Source: an uncultured Phycisphaerales bacterium
Lineage (GTDB): Bacteria; Planctomycetota; Phycisphaerae; Tepidisphaerales; Tepidisphaeraceae
NCBI GenBank assembly: GCA_963755915.1
Contig: CAVWLP010000002.1
Coordinates: 4,768,001 to 4,832,000, forward strand
Direction of reading: 5' to 3'
Length of the DNA: 64,000 bases
Shown here: in pieces, positions 9,778-21,923 of the stretch
How the letters are laid out: every line of letters begins with the position of its first letter
Numbering within the stretch: the first letter of the stretch is position 1
Translations under genes and position numbers: made by a program
The notes under the pieces: generated by a model
Databases searched by the model: none
What the model was told of the DNA's origin: nothing
What the model saw: the letters and a program-made list of their open reading frames with translations, nothing else

Positions 9778-10617
9778 TTAGCGCCCTGGCAAGAGTCCGT
9801 TCCAGGCCGAGGGGTGGACTTCGAGGTAATAGCGTCCACCGGCGGTGCGGACTGTGGCGGGGACGCCGAAGGTTTCGGAAAGGATCGAAGATTCGAGGAC
9901 GTTTTGCATGGGGCCGGAGGCGACGGCGCTGCCGTCGCGCAGGAGCAGGACCTGGGCAGTGTGCGGGGGGAGTTCTTCGATGTGGTGGGTGATGAGGATG
10001 ATCGTGGGGGCGCTGGGGGAATCGAGAAGCATGTCGATAGTTGCGAGGACTTGTTCGCGGGCGAGGGGATCGAGGCCGCTGGTGGGTTCGTCGAGGATCA
10101 GGAGTGCCGGGCGGGTGACCATGGCGCGGGCGATGAGGCTGCGCATGCGCTCGCCGCTGCTCATGGAGGAGTAGGGGTGATCGATGACGGGGGTCAGGCC
10201 GAGGAGTTTGAGGAGATCGCGGGCGTGGTTGGCCATTTCATCGGTGTGGGATTCGTAGAGGCCGATGCTGCCGAAATATCCGGTGAGGACGACTTCGTGG
10301 GCGGTGAGGGAGGGATCGACGTCGTAGGGACCGGCGGGTTGGACGAGGCGGATGGTTTTTCGAACTTCGAGGAGATTGGCTTCGCCGAAGCGGTTGCCAA
10401 GAATGGTACAGTCGCCAGCGGTGGGCCAGAGGTAGCAGCCGACGATGCGGGCGAGGGTGCTTTTGCCGCTGCCGTTGGGACCGAGGATGGCGGCGAGGGT
10501 GGAGCGCGGGACTTGCCAATCGATTTCCTTAAGGATCCAGCGGTTGTCGCGCATGACGCCGACGGCGTGCATGTCGATTGCGAGGGGAAGTGCGGATGAT
10601 TGCGGGTTGGGGGGCAT
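9778..10617 (-). CDS. ABC transporter ATP-binding protein (orphan, ModF/YlmA-like)
   Basis: Walker A GPNGSGKST, signature MSSGE, Walker B LILDEP, H-loop ITHH. Confidence 0.88.
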   Translation of the reverse strand: MPPNPQSSALPLAIDMHAVGVMRDNRWILKEIDWQVPRSTLAAILGPNGSGKSTLARIVGCYLWPTAGDCTILGNRFGEANLLEVRKTIRLVQPAGPYDVDPSLTAHEVVLTGYFGSIGLYESHTDEMANHARDLLKLLGLTPVIDHPYSSMSSGERMRSLIARAMVTRPALLILDEPTSGLDPLAREQVLATIDMLLDSPSAPTIILITHHIEELPPHTAQVLLLRDGSAVASGPMQNVLESSILSETFGVPATVRTAGGRYYLEVHPSAWNGLLPGR

Positions 10618-10642
10618 TGTCAGGTCCGGTTTTTTTTGGAGG

Positions 10643-10680
10643 CCCTCACCCCGGCCCTCTCCCGGAGTACCGGGCGAGGG
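10643..10680 (+). repeat. REP-like palindrome family A (CCCTCACCCC..CCCTCTCCCGGAGTACCGGG.GAGGG)
   Basis: Further copies at 16551, 29588, 36047, 59335 and 59547. Confidence 0.85.
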
Positions 10681-10781
10681 GGAAAGAAGGGGAAAGAGGG
10701 GGAAAGAGCGGGAAAGATTGAATATTGCCGATGAGCGCGGGAGTCAGTAGTCTTCATACGCTCAATGTAAAGGAACAGCGA

Positions 10782-12491
10782 ATGCCTGCAACTGCCTACC
10801 CGCGGCGATTTGTGCCTGGGGATCTTGATCCATCGAACGTGGCGAGCCTGGAGGAGATTTTTCAGAAGCTCCTGAAGCGCGATATCGACACGCCGGAAAA
10901 GCTGACGGCGTGGCTGGCGGATTTTTCGGAGCTGTCGGCAGTGGTGGATGAATATGGGAGCCGGCGGTACATCGACAAGAGCTGCCATACGGATGATGAA
11001 GGGATCAAGAATCGGTTCCTGCAGTTTGTGGAGGAGATTGAGCCACGGGTGAAGCCGCTGGCGTTTGCGTTGCAGAAGAAATATCTCCAGTCGCCGGCGC
11101 GGGCGCTGACGGGCAGCCGGTTTGAAATCCTGGGGCGGCGGTGGCAGTCGGACGTGGAGATTTTTCGGGATGAAAATGTTGCGCTGGAGACGGAGATCAC
11201 GCGGAAAGTCACCGAATATGACCAGATCAACGGGCAGATGACGGTGATTTTGCGCGGCAAAGAACTGACGATGCAGCAGGCGGCGCGATTTTTGGAGGAC
11301 CCGGACCGCCCTACCCGGCAGGAGGCGTGGGAGACGAGCTCGCGGCGGCGGCTGGTGGATCGCGAATCGATCGAAACGATTTACGATTCGCTGTTTCCGA
11401 TTCGGCATAAGATCGCGCTCAACGCGGGGCTGAGCGATTACCGGGCGTTTCAGTGGAAGGCGAACAAGCGGTTCGACTATACGCCGGAGGACTGCTTGCG
11501 GTTCGCGGATTCGATCGCGGAGACGTGCGTGCCGATCGTCCGGCGGCTGGACCGGGAGCGGGCGGTGGATTTGAAGCTGGAGGTTTTGCGGCCGTGGGAT
11601 TCGGCGGTGGATACGAAGGGGCGGCCATCGCTTCGGCCGTTTGATGAAAATAAGATCGACGATTTCGTGAGCAAGACGCGGGAGGTTTTCAATCGGCTAT
11701 CGCCCGCGCTGGCGTCGGATTTCGATCAGCTTCGGGAGCGCGGCAATTTGGATTTGCAGAGCCGGAAGGGGAAACAGCCGGGGGGATTTTTGATGCCGCT
11801 GGAGGAAACGCGGCAGCCGTTCATTTTTATGAATGCGGCGGGACTGCAGCGCAACGTAGAGACGCTTTTGCACGAGGGGGGGCATGCGTTTCATCACTTG
11901 GCGGCGTCGAAGGAAGAGCTGGTGTTCGTGCGCTCGGCGCCGATGGAATTTTGTGAAGTCGCGAGCATGTCGATGGAACTGCTGGGGGGCGAGCATTTCG
12001 GCGTTTTCTACAGCGAAGCCGACGCGGCGCGGGCGCGGCGGAAAATGATCGAGGGAATCATCTATTTCTTCCCCTGGATGGCGATCATCGATTCGTTCCA
12101 GCACTGGCTCTACACGCATCCGGCGCATAGCCGGGAGGACCGCAAGCGGATCTGGATTTCGCTGCTGGATCGCTTTGGCGGGGTGGTGGATTGGACGACG
12201 TGGGAGCCGGTTCGCGAATCGCTGTGGCAGCGGCAGGGGCATCTGTTTCACGCACCGTTTTACTACATCGAATATGGGATCGCGCAGCTTGGGGCGCTGC
12301 AGCTTTGGATGAAATCGCGGGAGAATACCAAGCAGGCGATCGCGAATTATCGTTCGGCGCTGGCGCTGGGCGGGACGCGGCCGCTGCCGCAGCTTTTTTC
12401 GGCGGCGGGGATTGTGTTCGACTTCACGCAGAAGACATTGGGACCGCTGATGGAGGCGCTGGAAGAGGAGCTGCGAAGGTTGCCGCAGTAA
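10782..12491 (+). CDS. M3 family oligoendopeptidase F
   Basis: HEGGH zinc motif, EVASMSME, HAPFYYIEY. Confidence 0.92.
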   Translation: MPATAYPRRFVPGDLDPSNVASLEEIFQKLLKRDIDTPEKLTAWLADFSELSAVVDEYGSRRYIDKSCHTDDEGIKNRFLQFVEEIEPRVKPLAFALQKKYLQSPARALTGSRFEILGRRWQSDVEIFRDENVALETEITRKVTEYDQINGQMTVILRGKELTMQQAARFLEDPDRPTRQEAWETSSRRRLVDRESIETIYDSLFPIRHKIALNAGLSDYRAFQWKANKRFDYTPEDCLRFADSIAETCVPIVRRLDRERAVDLKLEVLRPWDSAVDTKGRPSLRPFDENKIDDFVSKTREVFNRLSPALASDFDQLRERGNLDLQSRKGKQPGGFLMPLEETRQPFIFMNAAGLQRNVETLLHEGGHAFHHLAASKEELVFVRSAPMEFCEVASMSMELLGGEHFGVFYSEADAARARRKMIEGIIYFFPWMAIIDSFQHWLYTHPAHSREDRKRIWISLLDRFGGVVDWTTWEPVRESLWQRQGHLFHAPFYYIEYGIAQLGALQLWMKSRENTKQAIANYRSALALGGTRPLPQLFSAAGIVFDFTQKTLGPLMEALEEELRRLPQ

Positions 12492-12552
12492 ATGGAAGGG
12501 GAACCGCGAAGAGCGCGAAGGGAATAATTCTTCTTTTTTTACGGGGTGAACT

Positions 12553-13287
12553 ATGTCAGATGTGCAGATTAAGACGAAAGATGGCGTTGCGGATGGGAAG
12601 TTTTTTGCGGCGGCAGGAAAAACGAAGGCGCCGGCCGTGATTGTGTATATGGATGCGTTTGGGATACGGGCGGGGATGAGCGGGATGGCGGAGAAACTGG
12701 CTGGTTACGGCTATAATGTTTTGCTGCCGAATCTGTACTATCGCGCCGGGCGCAGAAGCCGTTCGACCCCGCGACGGCGTTTAACGATCCGGCGGAAAGA
12801 GAGCGGATCATGGGCCTGATGGGGGCATTGACCAACAAGACGCTGGCGGATGACGTGAGCAGTTTCATGGACTGGCTCGTGAAACAGCCTACGGTTTCGA
12901 GCGACAAGTTCGGATGCGTGGGGTACTGCATGGGGGGGCGATGCGCACTGATTTGTGCGGGGACTTTTGGGGAGCGCATGGCAGCCACGGCCTGCTTTCA
13001 CGGGGGACGGCTGGCGACGGATCAACTAGATAGTCCGCATCTTCTTGCATCAAACATGCGCGGGGAGGTTTATATCGGGGTGGCGGGGCTCGAATGCGCA
13101 TTTTTCGCCGGAGGAAAAGGAGCGATTGGAGGCGGCCCTGAAGGCGGCGCATGTGCGCTACACGCTGGAAGTTTATCCGAACGTGAAGCATGGGTTTGCG
13201 GTGGTGGATCATCCCGTCTATGACCCCCCTGCCGCCGAGCGGCATTGGGAACGGCTGCTGAAATTGTTTGGGGAGAATCTGCACTGA
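12553..13287 (+). CDS. Dienelactone hydrolase family protein (two apparent frameshifts)
   Basis: MDAFG, GYCMGG and HGFAV motifs are spread over three frames. Confidence 0.85.
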
Positions 13288-13372
13288 AAACCAAATTCGG
13301 AATCTCACGCAGAGGGCGGAGGAATAAAAGCGTTTTTGCTCTGCGCTTGCGCCTCTGCGTGAGATTGTCTTT

Positions 13373-14329
13373 TCAAGCGGGTTTTGGGGAAATGCGCAGG
13401 AGCTTTGCGCCGCGGTGAAAGTAGTCGTCGTCGAAGCCTAGCTTTTTCTTGATCAGGTAGTCGCGGCGCATCCAGTTGGATTCGCGCATGAGCTCGAGGC
13501 AGGTTTGGGTGCCGAGGCGGTTGGGCTGGGGGAGGGAAATGATGGGCCAGTCGCTGCCGTGAATGAGTTTGTTGCGGAGGACGGAATCGTGGAGGAGGGT
13601 GTCGTAGGGATATCCGCGGCTGGGGACGTTGAGGGCGGCGGTGTCGCCGTAAAAGTTTTCGAATTCGCGGGCAAGGCGGCACCAGTTGGGGAAATAATCG
13701 ATTTCCCAGGGAAGAAGGCGCGAGCCGCAGTGGGCGCCGATGACGGTTACGCCTCGGCGCAGGGCTTCCATCAGGAGGATGGGATCGGCAACCGTCGGGT
13801 CGAGATTTGGCAGCGTGTTTTCTGTGCCGGTGTGACTGAGCAAAGGGATGCCGTGATGGGCGAGGGCTTCGTAGAACGGGATGCATTTTGCGTCGGCGGG
13901 GTTGAATCGCTGGGTGATCGGGAGCCATTTCACCATTACGGCGCCGGCCTGAACGCAGCGCTCCAGCTCGGCGACGGCGTCTTTGCGGTAGGGATGGATG
14001 GAGGCCGCGAAAAATATCCGGGGGTTCTGCTTTGCCAGGTCGATCACGTAGTCGTTGGTGACATAGAGATGGGTGCCGGGCAGATCGATTTTTCCGTCGC
14101 CGTCGTAGACCGCGTCGAACGCGAGGACCACCGCGCCGTCGAGCTCTTTGGCGCCATTGATGGTTCGCACGAGCAGGTTGGCGATTTGTCTCTCGGTCTC
14201 GGCGTTGGACCCGGCAATTCCGAAGCACATTCGCATGAAGAGGAACGGAATGCTGGAAACGAGCCGCTGCGACATCGACCCGTGGCCGGGCTCGAAGGCG
14301 GAGACGTGAACATGGCAATCGAGAATCAT
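13373..14329 (-). CDS. Amidohydrolase (amidohydro_2-like) family protein
   Basis: DCHVH, SHTG, AHCG and GSDWP motifs. Confidence 0.85.
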   Translation of the reverse strand: MILDCHVHVSAFEPGHGSMSQRLVSSIPFLFMRMCFGIAGSNAETERQIANLLVRTINGAKELDGAVVLAFDAVYDGDGKIDLPGTHLYVTNDYVIDLAKQNPRIFFAASIHPYRKDAVAELERCVQAGAVMVKWLPITQRFNPADAKCIPFYEALAHHGIPLLSHTGTENTLPNLDPTVADPILLMEALRRGVTVIGAHCGSRLLPWEIDYFPNWCRLAREFENFYGDTAALNVPSRGYPYDTLLHDSVLRNKLIHGSDWPIISLPQPNRLGTQTCLELMRESNWMRRDYLIKKKLGFDDDYFHRGAKLLRISPKPA

Positions 14330-15808
14330 CAGCGGTCGACCACGCTCATAAAGCGCTCGTAGGCCGCGTTCCACCTGGCAGTGTCGCGCGGCTCATAGCG
14401 TTTGACGTTGAAATTTTCGCGCACGATCTGGCGGGCGTCGGCCAGAGATTTCACCGCTCCGACAGCCATGGCCTGTACCAGGACGTTTCCGATCGCGGTC
14501 GCCTCGACCGGGCCGGCGATCACGGGGCGGGCGCAGGCGTCGGCGGTCATCTGATTGAGCAATTCGTTCTGCGTTCCGCCGCCGACGATATGGATGACGG
14601 CGATTTTTCGGCCCAGAATATCTTCCAGCCCCTCGACGGTTCGGCGATAGGTCAGGGCCAGACTCTCGAGGCAGCAGCGGACATATTCGCCGCGGGTGCC
14701 GGGCTTGCGTTGTTTGCTGTGGACGCAGAACTGGTCGATTTTTCCGACGATCTGCCCGGGGGAAAGGAAGGGCGCATGGGCCGGGTCGATCAGCGCGCCG
14801 AAGGGCGCAGCGCGGCCGGCCATTTCCGTCAGCTCGGCGTAGCCGTGGTTGTATCCATGCTTCTGCCAATAGCGGCGGCACTCCTGCACGAGCCAGAGGC
14901 CCATGATGTTTTTCAGAAACCGCACGCGGTTGCCGACGCCCATTTCGTTGGTGTAGTTGTATTTGAGCGCCTTGTCGGAAAAGATGGGTTCGGGAAGCTC
15001 GACGCCCATCAGCGACCAGGTGCCGGAGCTGATGTAGCAATAGTCCTGGCCCTCGGTCGCGGGGACGGCGGCGACGGCGCTGGCTGTGTCGTGACAGCCG
15101 GGGGCGATCACCGGGGCTGACCGGGCGCCGCAATCGGTCAGCAGTTCGGCTCGCAATTCGCCTAGAACCGTGCCGGAGGGAACGATCTCGGGCAATATTC
15201 GCGTCGGTATGCCAAGCTTCTCCAGCACTTCCGTCGCCCAGCGTTTATTGCGGGGGTCGTACATCTGGCTGGTGGAGGCGATCGACAATTCGCTTTTACG
15301 TGAGCCGCAGAGGAGATAGTTCAGCAGGTCGGGCACAAACAAAAGAGTTGCCGCGGCGTCGAGGATATCGGGATTCTGCTCCTTCAATGCCAGGAGCTGA
15401 AAGAGCGAATTGATCTGCATGAACTGAATGCCGGTGGCCTGGAATATTTTTGCGCGGGACGAGGGCGAAGGCCTTTTCCATCATGCCGTCGGTGCGCGGG
15501 TCGCGGTACATGATGGGATTGCCGAGAATCTGGCCGCCAAGGGAGAGCAATCCGAAATCGACTCCCCAGGTATCGACGCCGATGCCGGCGAGATCGCAGC
15601 GGAGGTCGGCACAGGCGCTGGTCAATCCGGTTTTGATCTCCTGCCACTGGGACAGCAGGTTCCACTGCAGGCGGCCGAGCATTTTGCCGTTGGGATTGGT
15701 GAAGCGATGCTTCTCGGCGAGGGTCAGTTTGCCCGCGTCGAGGGTGGCGAGAATGGCGCGTCCGCTTTCTGCTCCAAGATCAAACGCCAGGAAATTCGCC
15801 GCGGCCAT
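14329..15808 (-). CDS. rhaB: Rhamnulokinase / FGGY sugar kinase (frameshift near 15445)
   Basis: AFDLGAESGR, GVDTWGVDF, HDTASAV, SSGTWSL, KNIMGLW. Confidence 0.87.
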
Positions 15809-15845
15809 AATTGGTGGTTCCTCGTCGGCTGGCTACTATCTTAGC

Positions 15846-16523
15846 GTGGTTCGAACGCGAGTTAAAATCTGCGGAGTGTGCAGGCCGGAAGATGCCGTCG
15901 CGGCCGGGCGCGCCGGGGCGGACGCGATTGGGATGGTGTTTGATCCTTCGTCGGGGCGGTGTGCTTCGATGGAAGATGCTGCGCGGATCGCCGGGGCGGC
16001 GGCGCCGTTTGTCAGCGTGGTCGGGCTTTTCGTCAATGCCTCGGTCGAAGAAATTAGGCGCGTGGCTGCGGCACTCGCCCTTTCGGCGGTGCAATTGCAG
16101 GGGGAAGAATCGCCGCAGACCGTGGCCGCCCTGAAACCGCTTCGTGTCATCAAGGCGCTTCATCTGGCGGGAAATGATGCGGAGCCTTTGGCGCGGTGGC
16201 GGACCGCGATGCGGGATTTGAATTTGTCCAATCTCGTCGGAATTCTGCTGGACACGCCGGGCGGAGCGCAGCGCGGGGGCACCGGGATTCCCAATGATTT
16301 CAGTTCGATCGAGAGACTTCAGCGATCCGGAGGGTTCGATGGGTTACCCCCTGTGATTGTTGCGGGCGGGCTCAAACCGGAGACGGTGGGCGATGTCGTG
16401 CGGCTGGTGCATCCGTATGCGGTGGATGTCAGCTCTGGAGTTGAAAGCGCCAAGCGAGAGAAATCGCCGCAGAAAATTGATGCTTTTATTCGCGCCGTTC
16501 GTGAAGCCGACTCGGACCTCTGA
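15846..16523 (+). CDS. trpF: Phosphoribosylanthranilate isomerase
   Basis: RVKICG, ADAIGMVF, GGTG, AGGL, VDVSSGVE. Confidence 0.93.
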   Translation: MVRTRVKICGVCRPEDAVAAGRAGADAIGMVFDPSSGRCASMEDAARIAGAAAPFVSVVGLFVNASVEEIRRVAAALALSAVQLQGEESPQTVAALKPLRVIKALHLAGNDAEPLARWRTAMRDLNLSNLVGILLDTPGGAQRGGTGIPNDFSSIERLQRSGGFDGLPPVIVAGGLKPETVGDVVRLVHPYAVDVSSGVESAKREKSPQKIDAFIRAVREADSDL

Positions 16524-16601
16524 AAATTCGTGCCGCTTTTGGCATTAAAGCCCCCACCCTAGCCCTCCCCCGGAGTACCAGGGGAGGGGATAAGAGGTCC
16601 G

Positions 16602-17675
16602 TTAAGTTAGGGCGCAGGACAGGATGTTGCGTTTGATTTTGCTGACGGTGAAGCCTCGGGCGAAGCCGTTGACGAGCGCCGGGCCCAGCGGCCAGCGTGT
16701 CAGCCGGCGGTAGCCACGATGGATGTTGGCGTAGAATCGGCGGGTTTGGGAGTCGTAGGCGGCGAGGTCTTCGCGGATTTCGTCCAGGGCGCCGTTGAAT
16801 TTCCCTTCGCTGAGAATCGCCTGCGCGGCAAGCTGGCCGCTGCGAACGGCGTTAAAAATTCCCTCGCCGAGAAATGGATCGATCAGGCCGGCGGCATCGC
16901 CGACGAGACAGACCTTTTCGCCGCTGAATCGGGCGATCCTTCCAAACCAGGGAATGCGGTGGCCGTGGATTGGCCCGCAAATCTTTCGTCCCGTTTTTCG
17001 CTCGATGAACTTCGTTAGTTTTCCCGTCGCTCCGGCCATTGTCGGATTCAGTGTATAAAGCCCGAGATTCAGATGATCGTGCTTGGGAAAGACCCAGCCA
17101 TACCCGCGCTCGACGGCGCCGAAATCAAATTCCATTGGCCAATCCCGTGCGCTGTCGCACGGAATGCACGTTTCCATCGCCACGCCAAACCGCAGGTGTT
17201 TCGCGCGCGCCAGAAGTTTTCGCACCTGGCTTCCTGCGCCATCCGCGCCGATGAGGAATTCGGCGCGGAACGCGCCGCGCTGGGTCTGGACAACCCACTC
17301 GCCCCCCTCGCGCCGGATCGCCTCAACCCGATGCCCGGGACGAAAATCCACTCCGCATCCCACGCATTGCTTCACAAAAAAATGATCGAACTCGCTCCGC
17401 ACCGTCATCGCGATCAGCGGCCCGGCGCCGCCGAGGATTTTCGCCTTTTCCCCCAATGAGATTTTCATCTCCTGGCAGACTCTTCGAACAACGGGGGTCA
17501 CATCGAATGGCAATACATTAATCGTCTTTTGCGTCAGCGCCCCTGCGCACGGCTTAAGCCGTGGAAATTGGCATTTATCGAGCAGGACGACCCGTTTGCC
17601 GTGCGACGCCAGCTCGTATGCCGCCGCGCAGCCCGCCGGTCCTGCGCCTGCTATAATGGTTTGGTAATGCCACAT
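16602..17675 (-). CDS. Geranylgeranyl reductase family FAD oxidoreductase
   Basis: GAGPAG, PRLKPCAG, GADG, GYGWVFPK, GDAAG..DP..GEGI. Confidence 0.88.
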   Translation of the reverse strand: MWHYQTIIAGAGPAGCAAAYELASHGKRVVLLDKCQFPRLKPCAGALTQKTINVLPFDVTPVVRRVCQEMKISLGEKAKILGGAGPLIAMTVRSEFDHFFVKQCVGCGVDFRPGHRVEAIRREGGEWVVQTQRGAFRAEFLIGADGAGSQVRKLLARAKHLRFGVAMETCIPCDSARDWPMEFDFGAVERGYGWVFPKHDHLNLGLYTLNPTMAGATGKLTKFIERKTGRKICGPIHGHRIPWFGRIARFSGEKVCLVGDAAGLIDPFLGEGIFNAVRSGQLAAQAILSEGKFNGALDEIREDLAAYDSQTRRFYANIHRGYRRLTRWPLGPALVNGFARGFTVSKIKRNILSCALT

Positions 17676-17685
17676 TGAGCTGAAC

Positions 17686-17708
17686 GCCACCGGATGCCAT
17701 CCGGTGGC
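17686..17708. repeat. Perfect palindrome GCCACCGGATG-C-CATCCGGTGGC (REP-like)
   Basis: 11-bp inverted repeat between divergent genes. Confidence 0.6.
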
Positions 17709-17737
17709 TTTTTACCTTATTATTCTCATCCCCTTCT

Positions 17738-19090
<1,353 letters not shown>

Positions 19091-19095
19091 TCCAA

Positions 19096-19144
19096 TCGTG
19101 CATCTTGCAACATTTTGAATCGGGCGTCTCGTGCATCCTGCACG
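19096..19144. promoter_or_regulatory. Tandem putative enhancer (UAS) sites TGCA-N3-TGCA, 33 bp apart
   Basis: TCGTGCATCTTGCAA (19096-19110) and TCGTGCATCCTGCACG (19129-19144; arms CGTGCA/TGCACG are perfectly palindromic). Confidence 0.65.
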
Positions 19145-19206
19145 ATGGAGCACCGCAAGCATCTGCTGAAACCCCCCTGGCCCGATCAGACCGAAGGGTC
19201 AGGTAG

Positions 19207-19223
19207 CTGGCCCCCCCTTCGCT
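19207..19223 (+). promoter_or_regulatory. Putative sigma54 -24/-12 promoter
   Basis: CTGG-CCCCCCCTTC-GCT gives GG-N10-GC. It lies downstream of the UAS pair and upstream of the GGAGG RBS and ATG at 19244. Confidence 0.6.
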
Positions 19224-19243
19224 TGGACATATGGAGGTTATTT

Positions 19244-21201
19244 ATGTTTGGTCTGCGCAAAAACTCTTCGTCGGCTTCGGTGGCTTGCTGGCCATCCTGC
19301 TGGCTGTCAGCAGCCTGGGGGTAGCCGTCCTGCACCAGCATCGAAGCTGGCTCGATCAGTTCCTCTATGAGAACTGGCGGAGCGTTGAATATGGCCAGCA
19401 CATGATCGACGGCCTGCAGCGCCTCGACGGGATCGCCCAGTCGGTCTCCGGCGCAACGGCGCAACCGACGGATGCGCAACTCGCCGCCGCCGCGGCTGCC
19501 GCCAAACCGGCGATCGACCTCTTCGACGCCAACTGCGTCGCTGAAGACCACAACATCACCCTCCCCACCGAAGACGAAAAAGCCTCCGGCCTGACGCTCC
19601 TCTGGAACGGCTACGCGATCAACACCCACACCGGCGAGAAACTTAACAAGACGACGGATGACACTTACCTCGACTGGTTTAGCAAGCTTATCTCCACCGA
19701 CACGACCGCCGCCCGGCGCACCGCCGCGATTGCCGCGGTCAGACGTCTTTCGCCGCAGCTCAAGGATCGTGCCCAGCAGGTGATCGACCTGAACCTGGAA
19801 AACATGCAGCCGCTGGAAGGTCGGATCAAGGACATGTCGGACCGCGCGACGAGCCTGATCATCCGGCTGGCAGTCATCGGCGTGGGTTTGGCGGTCGTGT
19901 TCATCCTCCTGATGAGCCGGGCGATCTTGCAGCCGCTCCAGACCCTCACGCGGTCGCTGGAAGAAATCTCGCAGGGGAATCTCGATCAAGTCGTGCAGGT
20001 GGGTTCGCATGACGAGCTTCATAAGCTGGCCGAGGCCTTCAACTCGATGGCCGCCAAGCTGCGAGAATTCCGCCGCAGCGACCGGGCGAAACTGATTCGC
20101 GTGCAGCGCACGACCCAACTTGCGGTCGATAGCTTGCCTGATGCCATTGCCGTGGTAAACGCCTCTGGCGTTGTCGAGCTTTCCAACGACACGGCCCAGA
20201 AACTTTTCCAGCTTCAGCCCGAGCAATCGATTCTTCAGATGCGCGATCAGCGCCTGGGCGAGCTTTACCAGGAAGTCGTCCGCACCAGTGCCCCTTCCCA
20301 GCAGAAGGGATACGAATCGGCTATCGAGATTTATGACCAGGGCGGGCAGTTGCGATTCTTCCTGCCGCAGGCCGTGCCGATCATCGACACGCAGCGGCAT
20401 CTTTTGGGCGTTACGCTTGTGCTGGGAGACGTGACCAATCTCCGCCGGCTCGATGAATTGAAGAGCGGCCTCCTCTCGGTCGTCTCCCACGAATTGAAGA
20501 CGCCGCTGACGTCGATTCGCATGGCCACGCACCTGCTGCTTGAAGAGCGGGTGGGCCCGCTCAACTCGAAACAAACCGAGCTGATGATGGCCGCCCGGGA
20601 TGACGCCGACCGGCTCCAGAAAATCATCGAAGATCTTTTGGACATGGGCCGGCTGGAATCGGGCCGGGTGAAGCTCGATCTTCAATCCGAGCCTTCGGAG
20701 CGGCTGGTATCCGATGCGGTGACGCCGCTGGAAACGGCTTTTCACGACAAGGGCGTCGCCCTGCGGGTGGATGTTCCGGTGGAAACACCGGCGGTTTTGG
20801 CCGACCCGGCGCGCATCGGGCACGTTTTCTCGAATCTTTTGACCAATGCCCTGAAGTTCACGCCGCCGGGCGGAAAAGTGCGCATCAGCGCCGAGCCGCT
20901 GGACAAATATGTCCGCTTCATCGTCGAAGACACCGGCATCGGCATCCCGCCCGAATACCTGGGAAGGATATTCGAGCGTTTTTACCGCGTTCCGCGCGAC
21001 AACCAGCCCAGCGGCGCCGGCCTGGGCCTGGCGATCGCCAAGGAAATTGTCGACGCGCATCACGGGAACATTTCCGTGGAAAGCAAGCCGGGGAAGGGGA
21101 GCGTTTTCAGTTTCACCCTCGAGCGGGCGAAGGACCCGCAGGTCAGTTCAGTCAAAGAGGTGAGTTATGAAACCAGCATCAATCCTCGTAACGGACGATG
21201 A
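19244..21201 (+). CDS. Membrane sensor histidine kinase (KinB-like: TM-periplasmic-TM-HAMP-PAS-HisKA-HATPase)
   Basis: SHELKTPL, NLLTNA, DTGIG, GAGLGL. The likely start is MFGLR at 19244, with an indel in the A run at about 19260. Confidence 0.9.
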
Positions 21202-21917
21202 AAGCGGAATCCGCCTGATGCTGCGCACCGCCCTGGAGTCGGACGGTTACGCCGTATCCGAAGCCGCCAACGGGCGCGAAGCACTCGATGCGATCAAAAC
21301 GCATATTCCCGATCTCATTGTCCTGGACCTCAACATGCCAGTGCTCGACGGGATGGCCGTGCTGGAGCAGATGAAGACGCTGGCCACGGGCGTGCGTCCG
21401 CGGGTGATTGTTCTCACCGCATATGGCTCCATTCCCGCGGCGGTGAAGGCGACGCGCCTGGGTGCGCTGGATTTCCTGGAGAAACCGATCACGCCGTCGG
21501 ATCTTCGTCAGGCCGTCCGCAGCGTGCTCGACGAACCCGAGCTCGACACCGCGCCGGAAGTCGTCGTCGATGTGCCGGGCGGTTATGACCTGGTTCTCTC
21601 CCGCATTCGCAAGCTGCTGCGGCTCGCGGAATATGAAACCGCCATGGGGCTGCTCATGAAAGCCGCCGATCGAAAGGACCAGCAGTCGGCGGAATATTTC
21701 AATCTTCTGGGCGTGCTCTACGAAGCGCAAGGCAAATGGAGGCTGGCGCAAGTGCTACGACAAGGCCATGATGGCGGATGAAAACTACGGCCCGGCCCGC
21801 GCGAATCTGCGCCGGCTGCTGGAACTGCGTCGATTTCGGCGCAGCTCGCAGGCCATCTGCCTCGGCGACGAAGCCGAAGACCTCTGGTTCGCCAAGCTGC
21901 CGGAATCCGCAAACTGA
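21167..21917 (+). CDS. Response regulator, REC plus C-terminal TPR-like helices (frameshift near 21750)
   Basis: DDE...DLNMP...TAYG...KP, then AEYFNLLGVLYE; continues in another frame to TGA at 21915-21917. Confidence 0.8.
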
Positions 21918-21923
21918 AGCACG

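Noticed and set aside
19186-21063. 625-aa antisense ORF and similar long opposite-strand ORFs
   Set aside because: Typical GC-rich shadow frames opposite well-supported genes.
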